From positions 1 to 53,124 of the forward strand of contig JADWMG010000001.1 of NCBI GenBank assembly GCA_015767405.1: DNA of 53,124 nt, given 5' to 3'. Below, piece after piece: positions 1 through 6,411 of this stretch. Origin of the DNA: Actinomycetota bacterium (GTDB taxonomy: Bacteria; Actinomycetota; Acidimicrobiia; Acidimicrobiales; Ilumatobacteraceae). The position numbers and the translations under genes were made by a program. Position 1 is the stretch's first letter. Each line of letters opens with the position of its first letter. The notes under the pieces were generated by a model. It ran no database searches. It saw only the letters and a list, made by a program, of their open reading frames with translations, and was not told the DNA's origin.

Positions 1-279
1 CCGGCATCCCAGGAGCGGCTACCACCGATCCGGACCACGCTCGCCACGACGTCGACCACCTCGACGACGACCCCAGAGGGTCAGCGTTTCTACACGATCA
101 AGCGCGGCGACACGCTCGCCGCGATTGCCGCATCGTTCGAGGTAACGGTGATCTCGATTGTTGAGCTCAACGGACTAGCGAACCCTGATGACGTCCAGGC
201 CGGTCAGACGATCGAGATTCCGAGCGGGATCATTGTCGTGGCTGAGCTTCCAGCTCCCCCGACACTCACCACGCCCTGA
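1..279 (+). CDS. LysM domain-containing protein, C-terminal fragment (5' end lies outside the window)
   Basis: The frame is open from base 1 to the TGA at 277-279. The translation ...FYTIKRGDTLAAIAASFEVTVISIVELNGLANPDDVQAGQTIEIP is a canonical LysM motif preceded by a Thr/Ser-rich linker. Confidence 0.6.
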   Translation, partial: PASQERLPPIRTTLATTSTTSTTTPEGQRFYTIKRGDTLAAIAASFEVTVISIVELNGLANPDDVQAGQTIEIPSGIIVVAELPAPPTLTTP

Positions 280-362
280 CGACCAGGGGTGCTGATCAGG
301 CGTGACGAATCGCACACCGGGGTAACCGGCGCGCGATAAGCGGGATTTCATAGACTGGCGCG

Positions 363-1067
363 ATGAGCTTCTGGCCGACACCTGAACACTGGAGCGTCGA
401 GATTCCGCTCCGGACACAACACGAACGACTTGACATTCTCGCCGAGACTGGATTTGTCAAGCTTTCCGACGCAGATTTCGAGTGCCCTGCGTCCGAGTAC
501 GAGTCACTCGAGTACCTGGATTGGAAGTCGGGTGGCGACACGAACTTCGCGCCGATCGCATCAGCCGACGGCGAACTCGACTGCCGAGGCTTCTGGGACA
601 AGGGCAAAACCGATAAGGACGCTATGTGGACGTCCAATGCGGCGATCGCTCCGAGCCTGCGCGAATACGTCGACGCTGTCGGCGCGAACTATGGGCGCGT
701 ACGGATAATCAAGCTGGAGCCCCAGGACCGTGACGAGGCAATGCGGTCGATTCACCGCGACGACAACAATCGCTTCAACCCTGACAATGAGGGTTGGGTC
801 GTGCGCTCCTGGATCGAGTTGACCGACAATCCCGACAGCTACATGCTGCTGATGGACAACGACGAAAACGGTCTTCCCGATCGCGCCACCGAGCAGCGAG
901 TGCCGCTGACCAAGGGCTCCCGATTCGTTGTCGACACCCAGCGTCTCTGGCATGTCGTCGTGCACAACGGCACCGCCCCGCGCTACGCGCTGATCACGAG
1001 CTTCGAATCCGGCCCGGTCCTCGATGCCTGGGTCCACCGCGAGCTCCCCCAACCAGTCCGCGCCTGA
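363..1067 (+). CDS. cupin-fold oxygenase-like protein (resembles the aspartyl/asparaginyl beta-hydroxylase family); function uncertain
   Basis: 234-aa ORF. A possible HxD...H metal triad is present (IHRDDN ... WHVVVHNG) in a beta-rich C-terminal half. There is no signal peptide. Confidence 0.5.
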   Translation: MSFWPTPEHWSVEIPLRTQHERLDILAETGFVKLSDADFECPASEYESLEYLDWKSGGDTNFAPIASADGELDCRGFWDKGKTDKDAMWTSNAAIAPSLREYVDAVGANYGRVRIIKLEPQDRDEAMRSIHRDDNNRFNPDNEGWVVRSWIELTDNPDSYMLLMDNDENGLPDRATEQRVPLTKGSRFVVDTQRLWHVVVHNGTAPRYALITSFESGPVLDAWVHRELPQPVRA

Positions 1068-1142
1068 CAGTTTCCGACGGGCCTGCCGACCCGTTCCGGA
1101 GGGTCACCCAGAGTCACCCCGGCGGCCCTCATGCCCCACAGC

Positions 1143-1193
1143 GGTTTGTGTCAGCACATACGGCTGCGCCATCGGTGTGTGCTGACACAAACC
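1143..1193 (+). repeat. hairpin repeat copy R1 (perfect 16-bp stem, 19-nt loop)
   Basis: GGTTTGTGTCAGCACA-TACGGCTGCGCCATCGGTG-TGTGCTGACACAAACC, read directly from the sequence. Confidence 0.9.
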
Positions 1194-1214
1194 TCGGACA
1201 GCCCAAGTTCCCGG

Positions 1215-1266
1215 GGTTTGTGTCAGCGTTTATCGGTGCGCCATCGGTAAGTGCCGACACAAATTT
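1215..1266 (+). repeat. hairpin repeat copy R2 (diverged)
   Basis: GGTTTGTGTCAGCGTTTATCGGTGCGCCATCGGTAAGTGCCGACACAAATTT. It has the same arms and loop motif GCGCCATCGGT as R1 and lies 21 nt after R1. Confidence 0.85.
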
Positions 1267-1335
1267 CTTGACTGGGTGACAGCAGGGCGGGAGAGCTGGC
1301 CGAACCTTGTGACAGGGTGCTGTCACCCTGGGAGC

Positions 1336-2256
1336 ATGACCAATACATACCGTCGGTTGATGGCGGTTGCGACTGGTCAGCTGGGTCTGCTGTCACGGCA
1401 GCAGGCCAAAGACGTCGGGTACACCGACGACCAGCTTCGGAGCCGGGTCATGAGCGGTTCCCTCCTCAAAGTAGGCACGAACATGTATCGGCTGCCAGGT
1501 GCCGATGCGCGAGAGTTGCCGGCGCTTCGTGCGCTGATGATGGACATTGGCGGTGATGTATACGCCAGCGGCCACACAGCGGCAGCGCTCCATGGGTTCG
1601 ACGGCTATTCGTTGAAAGCTCCGTTTGACGTCACCATCATGCGCGGGCGCGATGTCAAGCGCGTTGGCCATCGAGTCCACACCACAACTCGCCTCGACCT
1701 CATCGATCGATGCTCGATTGGCGATGTCAGGTCATTGAGTGGAGTTAGAACACTGCTCGACCTGGCACGCGTCGAGACCGTGGAGCAGCTCACGATTGCG
1801 TTCGACTCAGGGCTACGCGACGGAAAATTCAACGAATCCCTTGTGCATCGTCGGATTGTGGAGATGCGATCGAGTGGCAGGTTCGGGATCCCAAAACTGC
1901 TCGACGTCATCGAAGGTGTCGAGGCAATTCGCGGTGGCCACAGTTGGCTCGAGCGTGAGTACCTGCGCATCATCGACGCAGCGGGGCTCCCGCTTCCAGA
2001 TACACAGCAGGTGTTGACGCGAGCACAAGACCGGCTAGTCAGGGTCGACTTCCGATTCCCCGGAACACCAGTCGTCGTCGAGGTGCTGGGCTACCGCTAT
2101 CACCGGTCGACCGAACAGCTTCGCCGAGACGCTGCGCGTATGAACGCGCTCATCGCCGAGGGTCTGCGGCCCTATCAGTTTCCCTACGAACAGATCGTGT
2201 CCGAGCCCGATCAGGTCGTCGAGGAAACGCGCACCGCTCTGTTCCCGAATCGCTGA
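1336..2256 (+). CDS. DUF559 domain protein with an AbiEi_4-like N-terminal winged-helix domain (Vsr-like endonuclease-fold C-terminus)
   Basis: The ORF track gives 1276..2256, and ATG 1336 (MTNTYRRLMAVATGQLGLLSRQQA...) is the likelier start. The N-terminus (GLLSRQQAKDVGYTDDQLRSRVMSGSLLKVGTNMYRL) is typical of AbiEi-type wHTH domains. The C-terminus (VRVDFRFPGTPVVVEVLGYRYH...RRDAARMNALIAEGLRPYQFPYEQI) is typical of DUF559. Confidence 0.7.
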   Translation: MTNTYRRLMAVATGQLGLLSRQQAKDVGYTDDQLRSRVMSGSLLKVGTNMYRLPGADARELPALRALMMDIGGDVYASGHTAAALHGFDGYSLKAPFDVTIMRGRDVKRVGHRVHTTTRLDLIDRCSIGDVRSLSGVRTLLDLARVETVEQLTIAFDSGLRDGKFNESLVHRRIVEMRSSGRFGIPKLLDVIEGVEAIRGGHSWLEREYLRIIDAAGLPLPDTQQVLTRAQDRLVRVDFRFPGTPVVVEVLGYRYHRSTEQLRRDAARMNALIAEGLRPYQFPYEQIVSEPDQVVEETRTALFPNR

Positions 2257-2286
2257 ATCGGGGCGTCCCAATCGCGCTCATCCGCG

Positions 2287-2336
2287 ATTTGTGTCAGCAC
2301 TTACCGCAACGTCATCGGTATGTGCTGACACAAAAT
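2287..2336 (+). repeat. hairpin repeat copy R3
   Basis: ATTTGTGTCAGCACTTACCGCAACGTCATCGGTATGTGCTGACACAAAAT. It starts 30 nt after the DUF559 stop codon. Confidence 0.85.
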
Positions 2337-2357
2337 CCGGAGGGGTGTGGAGGTGCT

Positions 2358-2408
2358 GGTTTGTGTCAGCAGATACGTGAACGCCACCGGTATGAGCTGA
2401 CACAAACC
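2358..2408 (+). repeat. hairpin repeat copy R4
   Basis: GGTTTGTGTCAGCAGATACGTGAACGCCACCGGTATGAGCTGACACAAACC. It lies 21 nt after R3. Confidence 0.85.
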
Positions 2409-2438
2409 GCTCGGGGGAGAGGGTTGGCGGTGGGTGGG

Positions 2439-4493
2439 TCAGGGTTGGCGGTGGGTGGCGGCCAGCTCGGCTACTTCGCCCATGATTTTGGCGAGTTGGA
2501 AATCTTTTGGGGTGTAGACCGCGGCGATGCCGAGGGCGGCGAGACGCGGGCGATCCGCTTCGGGGATGATGCCCCCGACGATCACCGGGGCGTCCACTTC
2601 CATCTTCTTCAGGTGGCCGAGCACGTCGGGTACCAGGTCGAGGTGTGAGCCCGAGAGGATCGACAACCCGATCACGTCCGGATCCTCGTCGCGCGCCGAA
2701 GCAGCGATCTGTTCAGGCGTCAGCCGAATGCCCGAGTAGACGACTTCCATGCCCGAGTCGCGAGCCGCAACCGCGATTTGCTCGGCGCCGTTCGAGTGCC
2801 CGTCCAGCCCAGGTTTAGCGACCAGGAACTTCGGTGGCCCGCCGTCCATCGACTTCACGTATTCCACGACTTCCCCGAGCCCGGCCGCGGAACCGGCAGC
2901 CCCGCTCACGCCGGTTGGCGCCCGGTACTCGCCGAAGACCTCGCGCATCACGTCGCCCCACTCACCTGTGGTTCCGCCGGCCTTGGCCAAGGCGATCGAC
3001 GGCGGCATGAGGTTGTCGCCATCAACTGCCGCTTGCCGCAAAGCTGCCAGCGCCGTTTGTACGTCAGCTGAGGATCGCTCGTCCCGCCAAACTTCAAGTT
3101 GGCCGACGAGGTCGGCCTCTATGCGCGGGTCGACCGTGAGAATCGCGCCCTCGCCGCCTAGAGGTGACTCGGCGGTCTCGGTGAAATCATTCACGCCGAC
3201 AACGATCTGCTCTCCGGATTCGATGCGTCGAGTGCGGGCCGCCATCGACGTTACGAGACGCGACTTCAGCGTTTCGACGGCTTCGAACGCTCCGCCCATC
3301 GAAAGCACATCGTCGAGCTCGGTCTGTGCGTCGGCCAGGAGTTCGTTGGTGCGAGATTCGATGACAACCGAACCGTCGAAGATGTCTTCGTACTCCAACA
3401 GGTCGGTCTCGAACGCCAGAACCTGCTGCATCCGCAGCGACCACTGCTGGTCCCAGGGGCGCGGGAGCCCCATGGCCTCGTTCCATGCCGGTAACTGAAC
3501 GGAGCGGGCCCTCGCCGTCTTCGACAGTGTGACAGCGAGCATTTCGAGAACGATGCGCTGGACGTTGTTCTCAGGTTGGGCCTCGGTCAAGCCGAGGGAG
3601 TTGACCTGCACGCCGTATCGGAATCGGAGTGCCTTCTTGTCGGTCACGCCGTAGCGCTCTCGGCCTATCTGCTCCCACATTTCGGTCATTGCGCGCAGCT
3701 TGCAGACTTCTTCGACGAACCGAATCCCCGCATTGACGAAGAAGGAAATTGATCCGAACACCTGACTGAATTGTTCGGTGGAGACTTGGCCTGAGTCGCG
3801 GACGGCATCCAACACCCCGATCGCGGTAGCCATCGAATAGGCAATTTCCTGCTCGGGTGTCGCGCCAGCCTCCTGCAGGTGATACGAGCAGACGTTCATC
3901 GGGTTCCACTTGGGGGCGTTCTGCGCGCACCAGGCAACCATGTCGACGATAAGCCTGCGTGATGGCCCCGGCGGGAATATGTAGGTGCCGCGCGACAGGT
4001 ACTCCTTGACGATGTCATTTTGGGTCGTGCCCCGTAGTCCCGACGGGTCAACACCCTGCTCCTCGGCGTTCGCGACGTACAACGCCAGCATCCAAGCCGC
4101 TGTTGCGTTTATCGTCATGGAGGTGTTCATCTGGTCTGGCGGGATTTGATCGAGCAGCGTCCGCATGTGCCCGAGATGCACAACGGGCACTCCGACCTTG
4201 CCGACCTCGCCCTTCGACATCGGCGAGTCGGGGTCATAACCCGTCTGCGTTGGCAGGTCGAACGCGATCGACAGGCCGGTCTGTCCCTTCGCCAGATTCG
4301 TTCGATACAGCTCGTTCGACGCGGCGGCACTGGAGTGGCCGGAGTACGTCCGCATCATCCACGGGCGGTCCTTCTCGATCCTATGAACAGCTGACGAGCC
4401 GGGCGCTGAGTCAGACGGCTGCGAACTTGATGGTGAGCCGGGGCCGGAGTTAGTCATACGAAGAGTGTTGTGCGTTGATGAAGAACTACTCAA
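2439..4493 (-). CDS. meaA: fused B12-dependent acyl-CoA mutase (methylmalonyl-CoA mutase family, MeaA/ethylmalonyl-CoA mutase-like), with a catalytic barrel plus a C-terminal cobalamin-binding domain
   Basis: 684 aa. Motifs include RPWMMRTYSGHSSAAASNELYRTNLAKGQTGLSIAFDLPTQTGYDPD, TTQNDIVKEYLSRGT and NNVQRIVLEMLAVTLS. The C-terminal motif GLDGHSNGAEQIAVAARDSGMEVVY...SILSGSH is the B12-binding DxHxxG-type domain. The TY(A/S)GHS signature points to MeaA-type rather than classical MCM. The exact start is uncertain (M1 or M13). Confidence 0.8.
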   Translation of the reverse strand: MSSSSSTHNTLRMTNSGPGSPSSSQPSDSAPGSSAVHRIEKDRPWMMRTYSGHSSAAASNELYRTNLAKGQTGLSIAFDLPTQTGYDPDSPMSKGEVGKVGVPVVHLGHMRTLLDQIPPDQMNTSMTINATAAWMLALYVANAEEQGVDPSGLRGTTQNDIVKEYLSRGTYIFPPGPSRRLIVDMVAWCAQNAPKWNPMNVCSYHLQEAGATPEQEIAYSMATAIGVLDAVRDSGQVSTEQFSQVFGSISFFVNAGIRFVEEVCKLRAMTEMWEQIGRERYGVTDKKALRFRYGVQVNSLGLTEAQPENNVQRIVLEMLAVTLSKTARARSVQLPAWNEAMGLPRPWDQQWSLRMQQVLAFETDLLEYEDIFDGSVVIESRTNELLADAQTELDDVLSMGGAFEAVETLKSRLVTSMAARTRRIESGEQIVVGVNDFTETAESPLGGEGAILTVDPRIEADLVGQLEVWRDERSSADVQTALAALRQAAVDGDNLMPPSIALAKAGGTTGEWGDVMREVFGEYRAPTGVSGAAGSAAGLGEVVEYVKSMDGGPPKFLVAKPGLDGHSNGAEQIAVAARDSGMEVVYSGIRLTPEQIAASARDEDPDVIGLSILSGSHLDLVPDVLGHLKKMEVDAPVIVGGIIPEADRPRLAALGIAAVYTPKDFQLAKIMGEVAELAATHRQP

Positions 4494-4648
4494 GTCGGCG
4501 CCTTAATTGTCCGAAGAAAGAGACGTCCCCAGCGGATGACATACGAGCCGGAACGCCCGCTTTCCCCCTTGCGGGTTGCTTCGGTTCGAAGGTTTCCCTC
4601 TGGCGGGAACCCCGTCGGTCGAATGGCGGATTCGACCGACGATGCTCT

Positions 4649-4679
4649 CGGAGCGGGTGGTGGCGGACCACCCGCTCCG
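4649..4679 (-). terminator. perfect 12-13 bp GC-rich hairpin immediately after the aat stop codon
   Basis: On the plus strand it reads CGGAGCGGGTGGT-GGCGG-ACCACCCGCTCCG, flanked by TTCATTTTTC on the plus-strand 3' side. It lies 3 nt downstream of the aat stop on the minus strand. There is no U-tract on the minus strand, so intrinsic terminator function is inferred only. Confidence 0.45.
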
Positions 4680-4681
4680 GT

Positions 4682-5371
4682 TCATTTTTCGGGCTCGCTG
4701 ATGGCATCGCGCAGTAGCGACAGATACTCCCGTCGATCGATCTCGATCACTCCGAGAGACGCCAAGTGGTCGGTCTTCCATTGCACGTCGAGCAACGTTG
4801 CCCCGGTTTCGTTGAGCCACGCCACAAGCCCGACGAGTGCTGCCTTGGAGGCATCCCTCGCTGTTCGAAACATCGCTTCACCGGCGAAGAACTGGTTGAT
4901 CCGAACTCCGTAGAGGCCGCCGACCAACTCGTTCTGCGAATACACCTCGATCGAATGCGCCCAGCCAAGCCGAAACAACTCCTCATAGGCGTTCACGATC
5001 TCGTCTGTGATCCACCATCCTGGTCGGTTCGGGGACCCGCATGCGCGGACGACTTCGCTGAACGCGGTGTCCATCCGGATTTCGAAGTGTCGCATGCTCT
5101 TGCGCAGTGATCGGCTGACGTGCAGCCCGTCGAGAGGGGCGATTCCGCGGGGATCGGGCGAATACCACGCGATCTTGCTTCGCCGCCGGTTGGGATCGAC
5201 CGGCATTGGAAACATCCCCGATCGGTACGCAGACAGCAAAGTGCCGGGTTCGAGATCGGCGCCGACTGCAACCAGGTCTTCGCCGGGCGCGGCGTCGATG
5301 GGGTCGGGCATGGAGTATCGCGACGGAGCGGGCTCGATCCTCGGCTGCGTTCCGCTACTCACAGATTCCAT
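4682..5371 (-). CDS. aat: leucyl/phenylalanyl-tRNA--protein transferase
   Basis: Motifs LLSAYRSGMFPM, IAWYSPDPRGI, GWAHSIEVY..LVGGLYGVRINQFFAGEAMF and ASKAALVGLVAWL...LLDVQW..DHLASLG are characteristic of the Aat family. Confidence 0.85.
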   Translation of the reverse strand: MESVSSGTQPRIEPAPSRYSMPDPIDAAPGEDLVAVGADLEPGTLLSAYRSGMFPMPVDPNRRRSKIAWYSPDPRGIAPLDGLHVSRSLRKSMRHFEIRMDTAFSEVVRACGSPNRPGWWITDEIVNAYEELFRLGWAHSIEVYSQNELVGGLYGVRINQFFAGEAMFRTARDASKAALVGLVAWLNETGATLLDVQWKTDHLASLGVIEIDRREYLSLLRDAISEPEK

Positions 5372-5426
5372 TCTGTCAGTGCCCTAGCTATCCGAACAGA
5401 ATCGCGGGGCTCGGCAGAGTCGAAGC

Positions 5427-6278
5427 TCAGTAAGTGCGGAAACCCTGCTTGGTCTTTCGACCGAGCTGCCCAGCGGCGACCATGCGTCGCAGTGCGGGGG
5501 CGGCCGCGAAGTTCGGGTCGCGGAACTCCTCGTACAGCGCGTCGAGAATGGCGAGTGATGTGTCGAGGCCAACAAGGTCGAGCAGCGCAAACGGACCCAT
5601 CGGGAAGTTGCAGCCACCCTGCATGGCCGTATCGATGTCGTCCATCGAAGCGGTGCCCTGTTCCCACATGCGGATCGCGTTGTTGAGGTACGGGAACAAC
5701 AACGCGTTGACAATGAACCCCGCACGGTCTTGGACCTGAACAGCGTCCTTTCCGCAGTCGCGGGCGAAACCAAGGGCAGCTCCAATTGTTGCATCAGAGG
5801 CCGTCAGCGGAGCGATGATCTCGACCAAACTCATCATGGGTGCCGGATTGAAGAAGTGGATTCCGCAGACTCTCTCAGGGTGCTTGGTCGCCATGGCAAG
5901 TTCGACGACCGCAAGCGTGGAGGTGTTTGTCGCCAGAATTGCGTCAGATCGGACGATCTCGTCGAGGCGAGAAAACAGATCGCGCTTGATGTCCATGTCT
6001 TCGACGACGCTCTCGATCACCAGGTCGCAGTCTCCGACCTTGTGCAGATCATCAGTTACCGAGATTCGAGCCAGGATCGAGTCGCGATCTGATTCACTGA
6101 TTCGTTCGCGAGATACCTGCTTGCTGAGCACGGCGTCGATACGTGCGAGCACGGCGTCCGCCCCTGCCTGAGTGCGTGACCTGACGACAACGTCGAACCC
6201 TGCACGAGCCGTCACTTCCGCTAGACCGGATCCCATAATCCCAGAACCGATAACTCCGACGCTCTTGATACTGCCCAT
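5427..6278 (-). CDS. 3-hydroxybutyryl-CoA dehydrogenase (3-hydroxyacyl-CoA dehydrogenase family)
   Basis: N-terminal Rossmann motif VGVIGSGIMGSGLAEV. NTSTL and HFFNPAPMMSLVEI motifs are present. Length is 283 aa. Confidence 0.85.
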   Translation of the reverse strand: MGSIKSVGVIGSGIMGSGLAEVTARAGFDVVVRSRTQAGADAVLARIDAVLSKQVSRERISESDRDSILARISVTDDLHKVGDCDLVIESVVEDMDIKRDLFSRLDEIVRSDAILATNTSTLAVVELAMATKHPERVCGIHFFNPAPMMSLVEIIAPLTASDATIGAALGFARDCGKDAVQVQDRAGFIVNALLFPYLNNAIRMWEQGTASMDDIDTAMQGGCNFPMGPFALLDLVGLDTSLAILDALYEEFRDPNFAAAPALRRMVAAGQLGRKTKQGFRTY

Positions 6279-6285
6279 AGGGCCA

Positions 6286-6311
6286 GTTTAGTTACCGACC
6301 GGTAACTAAAC
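6286..6311. promoter_or_regulatory. perfect 12-bp inverted repeat (candidate TetR-type operator) in the hbd / mrpA divergent region
   Basis: GTTTAGTTACCG-AC-CGGTAACTAAAC, located 8 nt upstream of the hbd start codon. Confidence 0.4.
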
Positions 6312-6411
6312 CAAGCCGCGACTCGTCGTGAAGTGCCACCGAATTGCGAGCCGGGGCGCATATCGTCATAGCGTTCCAGTGGCGCCCAAGTGGTGGCCGT
6401 AACCCCAGCAC

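Noticed and set aside
1143-2408. Integron attC sites or IS terminal inverted repeats as an explanation for the hairpin repeats.
   Set aside because: The arm ends (GTTTGTG / CACAAAC) do not fit the attC core GTTRRRY / RYYYAAC. No integrase or transposase is nearby. All four copies are in direct rather than inverted orientation around the gene.
4614-4640. tRNA-like T-loop resemblance (GGTCGAATCCGCC on the minus strand).
   Set aside because: No acceptor, D or anticodon arms can be built around it. It is simply an 11-bp hairpin.
4494-4648. Possible cobalamin riboswitch upstream of the B12-dependent mutase (GGUUCCC and AGGGAAACC-like elements on the minus strand).
   Set aside because: No B12 box (GCCACUG-like) and no GGUG..AAUCC element is present. 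B12 riboswitches normally control B12-independent isozymes, transport or synthesis, not B12-dependent mutases. It needs an Infernal scan to be certain.
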